Source of the DNA: Syntrophomonadaceae bacterium
GTDB lineage: Bacteria > Bacillota > Dethiobacteria > DTU022
Direction of reading: 5' to 3'
NCBI GenBank assembly: GCA_007119615.1
Contig: SKPH01000001.1
Coordinates: 1 to 59,120, forward strand
Length of the DNA stretch: 59,120 nucleotides
Shown here: in pieces, positions 1 to 7,648 of the stretch
Layout: every line of letters begins with the position of its first letter
Numbering within the stretch: the first letter of the stretch is position 1
Notes under the pieces: generated by a model
Told to the model about the DNA's origin: nothing
Database searches by the model: none
The model's input: the letters and a program-made list of their open reading frames with translations, nothing else
Translations under genes and position numbers: made by a program

Positions 1-33
1 CCCTGTTTCATCCTGTTTCATTTCACTCGCGCA

Positions 34-61
34 TTGACATGCGAACAAGTAGTGGTATAAT
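34..61 (+). promoter_or_regulatory. sigma-70-type promoter upstream of the PadR-family gene
   Basis: TTGACA at 34-39, a 16-nt spacer, then an extended -10 TGgTATAAT at 53-61. It lies about 40 nt upstream of the ATG at 103. Confidence 0.5.
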
Positions 62-102
62 GTCATTAGTGTTGTTATGTTTATAGTTGGGAGGTGCGCT
101 TA

Positions 103-489
103 ATGTGTGATGCAAACCAATGTGATTGTGAAAATCAGGGCTTGAAAATTGAAGGATTTATTGTTCCCTGTATCCTTTTTTTGCTAAGGGAACAGCCATC
201 ACACGGGTATGAGATCATGGAAAAGCTTGGCACCCTCGATTTTGTCGATATTACCCCTGATCCCAGTGTGATTTATCGCCACCTGCGGAGAATGGAGACA
301 GAGGGCAAGGTAAATTCACAGCTGGAACCTGGCAGCGGAGGCCCGGCCCGGAAAGTTTATTCGATCACCCCTGAAGGTGAAGATTACCTGCACATGTGGG
401 CGATGAAAATTCGCCGGCGTAAAGCTGCCTTGGATAAGTTTATTATTGCTTATGAGAAAGCTTATACGAAAAATGCTGATTCGAGCTGA
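103..489 (+). CDS. PadR-family transcriptional regulator with a Cys-rich N-terminus
   Basis: The ORF track gives 94-489. ATG 103 sits 8 nt after GGAGG (89-93). The winged-helix signature is PadR-like (PCILFLLREQPSHGYEIMEKL ... IYRHLRRMETEGKV ... RKVYSITPEG). The N-terminus reads MCDANQCDCEN. Confidence 0.8.
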   Translation: MCDANQCDCENQGLKIEGFIVPCILFLLREQPSHGYEIMEKLGTLDFVDITPDPSVIYRHLRRMETEGKVNSQLEPGSGGPARKVYSITPEGEDYLHMWAMKIRRRKAALDKFIIAYEKAYTKNADSS

Positions 490-518
490 CATCGGTATAA
501 AATACTGGAGGTGCTATA

Positions 519-821
519 ATGCAGCATTTGGATTTGAATAAGCTAAAAGAGTTCGCCGCTACAGGGTTAGTGAAAAAAGAGTTGGTGGTTACTGATAATT
601 TTAAACTGTTGTTAATTTGCTTTGAGCCTGGCCAGGCTGTAAATCCCTGCGTGATGAGTCGTAATACTGCCTTTTATATCATAGAAGGCAAAGGTGTGGT
701 TATTGAAGAAGGCGATGCGGCCGAAGTTTCGAAGGGCTCGATGATATTGATCGAACCAGAGATAGAAAGACAAATAAAAGCAGAGAGTAAAATGATCGTT
801 TTGGCCATACAATACAGCTGA
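519..821 (+). CDS. small cupin-domain protein
   Basis: A 100-aa ORF with a GGAGG RBS. Its size and beta-barrel-like pattern (FYIIEGKGVV...GSMILIEPEIERQIKA) are typical of single-domain cupins. Confidence 0.6.
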   Translation: MQHLDLNKLKEFAATGLVKKELVVTDNFKLLLICFEPGQAVNPCVMSRNTAFYIIEGKGVVIEEGDAAEVSKGSMILIEPEIERQIKAESKMIVLAIQYS

Positions 822-849
822 AATGTCTTGCCGGAGAGAAGGGATTAAT

Positions 850-1332
850 ATGACAACTATTATTGTAGTTTACGGACTTCTGGCAATTTGCTTGATCTGG
901 TCCCTATTGAAAAGCCGGCAGAAGACGAAACAGTCTTTTAAGGTTGCCGCCAAAGCGCTCTGGAAGATGGCTCCGGGTTTGCTGGTCATCGTTGGAGTGG
1001 TAGGATTAATTTTGGGTATATTGCCGCCTGAAACGATCACACAGCTTGTCGGCGAAGAAGCCGGCTTTCTGGCGACTACCATTGCTGCTGTACTGGGTGC
1101 GGTTACTTTGATTCCGGCTTTAATCTCGTTTCCCCTGGCCGCATCGCTGCTCAGGTCGGGGGCAACGGTAACTACCATAGCCGCATTTATCACCACCCTG
1201 GTGATGGTTGGCTTTGTCACCGCGCCGATGGAAATTAAAGCCCTGGGTAGAAAGTTTACCCTGTTGCGAAATGGTTTAAGTTTAGTTGCCGCCCTGGTTA
1301 TAGCCGGATTGATGGGAGTGATTTTAGGATGA
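850..1332 (+). CDS. permease half (DUF318/ArsP-like family), subunit 1
   Basis: A polytopic hydrophobic ORF. The track start is 823, but ATG 850 has the better RBS (AGAAGGGA). The ATGA overlap with the next ORF indicates translational coupling. Confidence 0.55.
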   Translation: MTTIIVVYGLLAICLIWSLLKSRQKTKQSFKVAAKALWKMAPGLLVIVGVVGLILGILPPETITQLVGEEAGFLATTIAAVLGAVTLIPALISFPLAASLLRSGATVTTIAAFITTLVMVGFVTAPMEIKALGRKFTLLRNGLSLVAALVIAGLMGVILG

Positions 1333-1844
1333 GCCCGATAAATAAATTCAAAGCGCCGCTGCTGTTGGTCTTAGTCTACCTTGCTATGGCGTTTTTGTGG
1401 CCTGATATTTCCGAGCGTTCTAGAAGTGTTGCTTTTGATTACCTGCGGGAGATGATTCTGATCATTCCTCCGGTATTTGTTCTGATGGGCTTGCTTGAAG
1501 TATGGGTGCCCAAGGAAATGATTAAGAAACTGATTGGTACCGGCTCTGGTTTAAAAGGGTTTTTCTTTTCCTTCTTGATGGGCACTTTGCCCACTGGCCC
1601 GTTGTACATTGCTTTTCCCATGGCGGGTACACTGCTGCAAAAAGGAGCGAAGATTTCTAATATAGTGATCTTCCTGGGTGCCTGGGCAGCTATCAAAATC
1701 CCCCAGTTGATAGTAGAAGCAGAATTTCTCGGACTTCCTTTCACAGCACTGCGTTTTGGGTTAACCCTGATTGCAGTAATTGTAATCGGTCTTGTTTTGG
1801 AAAGGGTAATTAAGCCCGAAGAGCTGCCGAAGCTACAAGAGTAA
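1329..1844 (+). CDS. permease half (DUF318/ArsP-like family), subunit 2
   Basis: A 171-aa polytopic membrane ORF that overlaps the previous stop by 4 nt. The pair together has the size of a full-length permease. Confidence 0.55.
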   Translation: MSPINKFKAPLLLVLVYLAMAFLWPDISERSRSVAFDYLREMILIIPPVFVLMGLLEVWVPKEMIKKLIGTGSGLKGFFFSFLMGTLPTGPLYIAFPMAGTLLQKGAKISNIVIFLGAWAAIKIPQLIVEAEFLGLPFTALRFGLTLIAVIVIGLVLERVIKPEELPKLQE

Positions 1845-1921
1845 AATGAAAAAAACAGGGGACGGTTCTTTGATTGACAGCACTCCACCGATGTCATAAA
1901 CTACCGGTGGGGTGATTATTT

Positions 1922-2683
1922 ATGCCGAGGACAGCGCGAAGAAAAAGCGAGACCGACATCTACCATATTATGATCAGAGGTATCAATCGGCAGAATATAT
2001 TTGTAGACGATGAAGACAATAAAAGGTTAATCGACACGCTTGCCAGATACCGGCGAGAAGTTGAATATGAACTATATGCCTACTGTTTGATGGGCAATCA
2101 TCTTCATTTGTTAATCAAGGAAGGGAATGAAGCGCTGTCAAATACCATGCGGCGAATTGGGGCTAGTTATGTTTACTGGTATAACTGGCAGTATGACAGA
2201 AAAGGGCACTTGTTCCAGGACCGCTTTAAAAGTGAACCAGTTGAAGAGGACTCCTATTTTCTCACAGTTTTAAGATACATCCATCAGAATCCGCTAAAAG
2301 CAGGAATAACTAATAATATTGAGCATTATAAATGGAGTAGCTATCAGGAATACATAAAGGAAGCGCAGATCGTTGCTGTAGATTTTGTCCTGGCTATGTT
2401 TGCTGAGAATAGGGATACAGCGATTGAAGAGTTTAGAGACTTTAATCTTGCTGTAAACAATGACCAATGTCTGGATATTACTCCGGAAAAGAAAACTATG
2501 TCCGACAAAATAATCAGGCAGCAGGTGTCGGATAAATACAAACTAGAGTTAGCATCACTACATAGTGAAGGATTAGAAACCCAGGCTGAAGTTTTAAAAT
2601 ATCTCAAGGGGTTGGATGGGATTTCACTGAGGCAGTTGTCCAGATTAACCGGGTTTACAGTAAGTAGGATTTACAAAGCTTAG
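1922..2683 (+). CDS. REP-associated / IS200-like tyrosine (Y1, HUH) transposase with a C-terminal helix-turn-helix region
   Basis: An HUH motif in GNHLHLLIKEG and a catalytic-Tyr region LRYIHQNPLKAG. The ~250-aa length is typical of the IS200-like 'transposase and inactivated derivatives' family. The C-terminus (LRQLSRLTGFTVSRIYKA) looks HTH-like. Confidence 0.8.
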   Translation: MPRTARRKSETDIYHIMIRGINRQNIFVDDEDNKRLIDTLARYRREVEYELYAYCLMGNHLHLLIKEGNEALSNTMRRIGASYVYWYNWQYDRKGHLFQDRFKSEPVEEDSYFLTVLRYIHQNPLKAGITNNIEHYKWSSYQEYIKEAQIVAVDFVLAMFAENRDTAIEEFRDFNLAVNNDQCLDITPEKKTMSDKIIRQQVSDKYKLELASLHSEGLETQAEVLKYLKGLDGISLRQLSRLTGFTVSRIYKA

Positions 2684-2688
2684 AACAG

Positions 2689-2808
2689 AGAACCGTCCCC
2701 TGTTTCCCCGCCCTTTTCCGAACAGAGAACCGTCCCTTGTTTCCGCCCCGTCCCTTGTTTCCGCCCGTCCCCTGTTTCCGAGAACCGTCCCCTGTTTCCG
2801 CCTGTTTG
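2689..2808 (+). repeat. degenerate tandem array (about 5 units) of a 17-20-bp REP-like unit, (AGAA)CCGTCCCYTGTTTCCG
   Basis: Units read by eye at about 2689-2709, 2725-2745, 2746-2763, 2764-2780 and 2781-2800, plus a partial CCTGTTTG at 2801-2808. Confidence 0.8.
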
Positions 2809-2874
2809 AAAAAGGGAATCCCTTTAGAACTGTTGAATAAATACCCAGAGAACCTCATTCACCTGCGAAACTTC

Positions 2875-4074
2875 ATGAATAAAACAACCCGATCAACAAC
2901 TGCCACCACTTTTAGAGGAGATGCGATCTTGATAGTTCGAAAAAAATTTGCGATTTCTGTTTTGATTTTTGGGTTATTTTTGATTGTATATGCCCCACTA
3001 CAGGCAGAAGCGGCCATGGTTTTAACGGAAGACAATATATCCATCGGCCAGGAGGAGTTGATCGATGACGATCTCTATCTTTTTGGCGATACTGTGGTGA
3101 TCAGTGGTTCAGTTTTGGGAGACGCTGTAATTTTTGCCCGTGATGTTGTGATTGATGGATCAATAGAAGGCAGCCTGCTGGCCTTTTCCCAGGCAGTGAG
3201 AATTTCCGGGACTGTAGATGGTTCGATACGCGGAGCTTCCAACACAGTTTTCTTAACCGGTTCGACCGGTAGAGACCTGATGATGGCAGCGAATATGATC
3301 GATGTCAGCGGGATAATTAATCAGGACTATCTGGCAGCAGCCAGATCGAGCACTGTTACCGGTTCTGTGGGTAGGAATATCAGGGCAACGATGAACCGCT
3401 TTGAAGTCGATGCGCCGGTTGGCGGTGATATCTTTACCGTTGTCAGCGAGTTTTCATTCGGTCCCCGGGCGGTGGTTGAAGGTAATGTAAGCTATATTTC
3501 GCGGGAAGATGCAGAAGTCGACCAGCAGGCAGTGATTATCGGAAATATTGAAAGATCAGATCCCCCGGTAGATGAACGGGCAGTAGAACCCTGGCGCAGG
3601 GTTTGGAGGTTCATTCGCCCGATCCTTTCCCTGATGTTCCTGGCATTACTCATGGCTTTAATCTTTCCCGGCCTCACGGTTGGAACAGCCGGAACGATCA
3701 AGGAACAACCCCTTCTGAGCCTGGGGGTAGGAGCGCTCTTTATTTTTGTCTGGCCCTTCATTGCAGTGTTCCTGCTGCTTACCGTCATCGGCATACCGGC
3801 AGGCATCACCTCTATGCTGCTTTATGCAGCCCTTCTATATATCAGCAGGGTTTTCGCCGGCTATTTCCTGGCTGACTTAATATTTGGCCGGAATAAAAAT
3901 ATCCATCCGGTATGGGTTGCCTTAACCGGAGCGCTTATTCTGACTTTGCTGATTAAAATACCATATATTGGATGGGCGGTTAATCTGGCAGCTGTTTGGT
4001 TCGCTTCAGGAGCATTTTTTGTCTACCTGAAAACCGGCACTGAAAAAGAAAAATATAGATCTGAATCAGAATAA
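2875..4074 (+). CDS. membrane protein: N-terminal signal/anchor, bactofilin-like beta-helical repeat region, C-terminal multi-TM domain
   Basis: The ORF track starts at 2737, inside the repeat array, so ATG 2875 (MNKTTRS...) is preferred. It precedes a hydrophobic anchor (FAISVLIFGLFLIVYAPLQAEA). Repeated G-x-V-x-G-S/D-hydrophobic segments follow, then about 5 TM helices. Confidence 0.6.
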   Translation: MNKTTRSTTATTFRGDAILIVRKKFAISVLIFGLFLIVYAPLQAEAAMVLTEDNISIGQEELIDDDLYLFGDTVVISGSVLGDAVIFARDVVIDGSIEGSLLAFSQAVRISGTVDGSIRGASNTVFLTGSTGRDLMMAANMIDVSGIINQDYLAAARSSTVTGSVGRNIRATMNRFEVDAPVGGDIFTVVSEFSFGPRAVVEGNVSYISREDAEVDQQAVIIGNIERSDPPVDERAVEPWRRVWRFIRPILSLMFLALLMALIFPGLTVGTAGTIKEQPLLSLGVGALFIFVWPFIAVFLLLTVIGIPAGITSMLLYAALLYISRVFAGYFLADLIFGRNKNIHPVWVALTGALILTLLIKIPYIGWAVNLAAVWFASGAFFVYLKTGTEKEKYRSESE

Positions 4075-4140
4075 GCATTTGCTGCTTCGGGCTTTGCTTC
4101 ACAGCTTAATTAATCTGACCTGGTGATTGGAGGTAATTAA

Positions 4141-6255
4141 ATGAATCCTTCCAACGGTAATCAGCACTCTCATTCAGGGGAAAAAAGTAAAGGGAATAAT
4201 GGTCACCCGGATCACGATAGTCATTTGCGCCATGATGACCATGCAGAACACGATCTACAAAGTCCTAAGGGTCAAGATGGCCATGATAAGCACGCCGGAC
4301 ATAGTCCTGATATGTTCCGTGAAAAATTCTGGTTGTCCCTTGTTCTGACCCTTCCAGTTGTTTTCTGGTCCGAACATATTCAAATCTTGCTCGGTTACCG
4401 TGCCCCGGAGTTTTTCGGTTCGGACTGGATTCCTCCGGTACTGGGTACGGTAATCTTTTTTTACGGTGGATGGGTATTTATACAGGGCGCCTGGCGGGAA
4501 CTTAAAGATAGGCTGCCGGGGATGATGACCCTCATCTCCCTGGCCATTGCGGTCGCTTTCCTGTTTTCATGGGTTGTGCAGCTTCAGATTATCGAAGCGG
4601 AAGCCCTTTGGTGGGAACTGGCTACCCTGGTTACGATTATGCTGTTAGGCCACTGGATCGAGATGCGTTCGATCGTTCAGGCCCAGGGTGCCTTACAGGA
4701 ACTGGCTAAACTTCTCCCGGATACCGCTATACGCATTACAGAACAGGATGGAGAAGAGGAGGTAGCGGTCAGCGAACTGAAAAAAGGCGATGTCGTTCTG
4801 GTTCGACCGGGTGAGAGTGTTCCTGTAGACGGTGTTCTGAAAAAGGGCAAAAGCGATATCAACGAAGCAATGATTACCGGCGAGTCGAAGCCGGTTAAAA
4901 AGACAGAAGGGGACGATGTAATTGCCGGAACGATAAACGGTGAAGGTTCCCTCCGGATTGAAGTTACAGGTACCGGTGAAGACACCAAGTTATCCGGGAT
5001 TATGAGACTGGTGGAGGAAGCACAGACTTCGAAATCCAGGGCGCAACATCTGGCTGACCGCGCCGCTCAACTCCTTACCGGAGTAGCCATTGTAGCCGGT
5101 GTAATCACCCTTATTGTTTGGCAGTTTATCGGCATGCCGATTGATTTTACCATCGTTCGCGTCGTAACTGTTCTTGTCATTGCCTGCCCTCATGCCCTCG
5201 GTCTTGCCGTTCCCCTGGTAGTAGCCATTTCAACGACGCTGGGAGCCACGAACGGACTTTTGGTAAGGGATCGGCGTGGTCTCGAGGAAGCGCGGAACCT
5301 GGATACGGTAATTTTCGATAAAACAGGAACACTGACCCTTGGTGAATTCAGGGTTGTCGGTATGTCCACAGTAGAAAGTATCTCGGAAGAAGAAGCACTG
5401 CGCATTGCTGCGGGAGTCGAGTCCGATTCCGAGCATCCTATTGCCAGGGGTATTTTAAAAACTGCAGAGGACCGTGAAATTGAAATTCCCAGTTCCGATG
5501 AGTTCAGGGCGATATCCGGTAAAGGTGTGGCTGCCTCAATTGAAGGTGTCGAATATCATATGGGAGGGCCTGCGCTCCTGAAAGCGGAAAACGCGGAAGT
5601 GCCTGCAGCGCTCGCTGATGCTTCAAAAAGCGCTGCCGAACGGGGGCAGGCAACAGTATATCTGCTTCGTGATGGTTCTGTGATCGCATTGTTTGCCGTG
5701 GCCGATGCCATTCGAGAAGAGAGCCGTGAGGCTGTCCGGGAACTGCAGGCACGTGGGATCGAAGTGGCTATGCTTACCGGTGATGCGCAGGCTGTTGCAG
5801 AAGCGGTTGCCGAGGAGTTAGGGATAGATACGGTTTTTGCCGAAGTACTTCCCGAGGATAAGGCTTCAAAAGTCAGGAAACTTCAATCTGATGGGAAAAA
5901 AGTGGCCATGGTAGGAGATGGTGTAAATGACGCTCCTGCTCTTGCTACCGCTGATATCGGGATCGCTATCGGTGCAGGAACCGACGTAGCTGTGGAGGCG
6001 GGGCATATTGTGCTGGTAAGATCCGATCCCCGCGATATTCCCCGTATTGTTACTCTTTCTCGGGCCACCTATGGAAAGATGGTCCAGAATTTGTGGTGGG
6101 CTGCCGGTTATAACATTGTTGCAATTCCCCTGGCCGCAGGGGTGCTGGCCGCCTGGGGCATCCTTCTCACGCCTGCTGTCGGTGCCGTACTGATGTCGGC
6201 CAGTACGGTTATTGTGGCTATAAACGCACAATTGCTACGCCGGATAGTTATTTAG
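4141..6255 (+). CDS. copB: CopB-type (P1B-3) copper-translocating P-type ATPase
   Basis: Motifs present: DKTGTLT, TGES (ITGESKP) and GDGVNDAP. The transmembrane metal motif is CPH (IACPHALGLAVP) rather than CPC. The N-terminus is His-rich (HSHSGEKSKGNNGHPDHDSHLRHDDHAEHD) and there is no CxxC domain. Confidence 0.85.
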   Translation: MNPSNGNQHSHSGEKSKGNNGHPDHDSHLRHDDHAEHDLQSPKGQDGHDKHAGHSPDMFREKFWLSLVLTLPVVFWSEHIQILLGYRAPEFFGSDWIPPVLGTVIFFYGGWVFIQGAWRELKDRLPGMMTLISLAIAVAFLFSWVVQLQIIEAEALWWELATLVTIMLLGHWIEMRSIVQAQGALQELAKLLPDTAIRITEQDGEEEVAVSELKKGDVVLVRPGESVPVDGVLKKGKSDINEAMITGESKPVKKTEGDDVIAGTINGEGSLRIEVTGTGEDTKLSGIMRLVEEAQTSKSRAQHLADRAAQLLTGVAIVAGVITLIVWQFIGMPIDFTIVRVVTVLVIACPHALGLAVPLVVAISTTLGATNGLLVRDRRGLEEARNLDTVIFDKTGTLTLGEFRVVGMSTVESISEEEALRIAAGVESDSEHPIARGILKTAEDREIEIPSSDEFRAISGKGVAASIEGVEYHMGGPALLKAENAEVPAALADASKSAAERGQATVYLLRDGSVIALFAVADAIREESREAVRELQARGIEVAMLTGDAQAVAEAVAEELGIDTVFAEVLPEDKASKVRKLQSDGKKVAMVGDGVNDAPALATADIGIAIGAGTDVAVEAGHIVLVRSDPRDIPRIVTLSRATYGKMVQNLWWAAGYNIVAIPLAAGVLAAWGILLTPAVGAVLMSASTVIVAINAQLLRRIVI

Positions 6256-6429
6256 ACGGGTGAAATAATTGTGATATTCTATGTGTTTTGCCCGCCTTTT
6301 ACCGGACATGGAGGACAATGAGCAGAATTCTAACCGGCCGGTTGATATAGAACTGGAGTATAGATAAAATTTTAAAAGTCGCTAACTTCAACTAATCGAT
6401 ATTTTTTCAGACTTGTTCAGAATGATTAA

Positions 6430-7623
6430 ATGGAGGTTCTGTTGACCAGGGTAAAAGTATCAATTCTTTCCATCTCTTTGTTAATAATTATGGCCGGAGC
6501 AGCTGTAGCTCCCGTTCTTGCTGATATTAGTCTGTATTTTAGGGATGTTCACCCCCAGTTAGTAAAAATGATTATGACCCTCCCGGCATTGATGATTATT
6601 CCTTTTTCTTTTCTTACCGGATTTCTGGCCAAAAGATACAGGAAAAAGCATCTTGCTCTGTGGGGATTAATCGGCTACTTGATTGGTGGGGTGGGAAGCG
6701 GGTTTGCCGACAATATATTTTCTATATTATTACTCCGGGCTTTACTGGGAGCCAGTGTCGGTGTTTTATCGCCCCTGGCAATCGGCTTGATTGCCGATTT
6801 ATTCTCGGGTGCGGAAAGAACAAAGATGATGGGTTATTCTGCTGCTTCCAACAATCTTGGCGGGGCGCTGGCTACAGTAGCAGCAGGCATACTGGCCGTA
6901 TTCCACTGGAGATATGCTTTTTTAATTTATGGGCTTTCTTTTCTAGTTTTTATGCTGGTTTACTTCTTCTTACCGAAAGATGCCGGATGGGACAAACCCG
7001 AAGATGTATATGTTGATGTGCAGATGAAAAAGTCAGGTAAGGGAACTCTTAAATGGGCTTCATTTACATTTTTCATGATTATCATTTTCTTTAGTATTCC
7101 TACGCACCTTGATTTTTTTATATTTGCGGAAAACCTGGGAACATCTGCAACAACAGGTATTTTAATGGGGCTCTTAACGGGAATATCTTTACTGACTGGA
7201 GTAATTTTTCAAAAGTTGGTAGCCATACTCCGCGACAAAACAGCGATAATCTCTTTTCTTTTTTTATTGGCGGGGTTTTTATTCCTGAGTATTTTTTCTA
7301 ACATCTATGCCATAGGCGCCGCCATTGTTTTCGCCGGCCTGTCAATAGGGTTACTAATTCCTCTGATCATGGACTCTGTTACCAAGGAAGTCAGACCCGG
7401 GGATACGATTTTCGCCCTTGCCGTAATCAATTTTTCTCTTTACCTCGGTCAGTTTATATCACCATTAATCCCGGGATTGCTTGAGAGCCTGTTAAGCATT
7501 GATTCAACACGGTTTCCTTTTTATGTTTCAGCGATCATGTCTTTTTTGGCCGTCCTTGGCCTATGGTTTTTCAGGAAGCCCAAATTTACTCCCTCCTCGT
7601 ACCTTTACGAAAATCAGAAGTAA
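6430..7623 (+). CDS. MFS transporter
   Basis: A 397-aa ORF with about 12 hydrophobic segments and an MFS-like loop motif (GFLAKRYRKKH). Confidence 0.75.
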   Translation: MEVLLTRVKVSILSISLLIIMAGAAVAPVLADISLYFRDVHPQLVKMIMTLPALMIIPFSFLTGFLAKRYRKKHLALWGLIGYLIGGVGSGFADNIFSILLLRALLGASVGVLSPLAIGLIADLFSGAERTKMMGYSAASNNLGGALATVAAGILAVFHWRYAFLIYGLSFLVFMLVYFFLPKDAGWDKPEDVYVDVQMKKSGKGTLKWASFTFFMIIIFFSIPTHLDFFIFAENLGTSATTGILMGLLTGISLLTGVIFQKLVAILRDKTAIISFLFLLAGFLFLSIFSNIYAIGAAIVFAGLSIGLLIPLIMDSVTKEVRPGDTIFALAVINFSLYLGQFISPLIPGLLESLLSIDSTRFPFYVSAIMSFLAVLGLWFFRKPKFTPSSYLYENQK

Positions 7624-7648
7624 CAGTCACTCGGCATAATAACAGCTA

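Larger units (their letters stand above)
1854..2808 (+). mobile_element. IS200-like/RAYT-type Y1 (HUH) transposase unit bracketed by inverted REP-like repeats
   Basis: AACAGGGGACGGTTCT (1854-1869) is the reverse complement of AGAACCGTCCCCTGTT (2689-2704). These two copies flank the transposase ORF. A degenerate tandem array continues downstream to 2808. Confidence 0.65.

Noticed and set aside
2689-2808. Possible CRISPR array, based on short direct repeats
   Set aside because: The units are contiguous and degenerate with no unique spacers. They are only 17-20 bp long, and an inverted copy flanks a Y1 transposase. A REP/BIME-like array is the better explanation.
2737-2874. N-terminal 46 residues of ORF 2737-4074 (MFPPRPLFPPVPCFREPSPVS...)
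   Set aside because: This stretch is encoded by the REP-like tandem array and has a Pro-rich repeat composition. A normal Met, charged region and hydrophobic anchor begin at ATG 2875.
6660-7016. 118-aa alternative-frame ORF inside the MFS gene, and similar same-strand internal ORFs (for example 3603-3875 and 24333-24623)
   Set aside because: These are out-of-frame overlaps within well-supported longer CDSs. Their Arg/Cys/Gly-rich translations are typical of off-frame reading.
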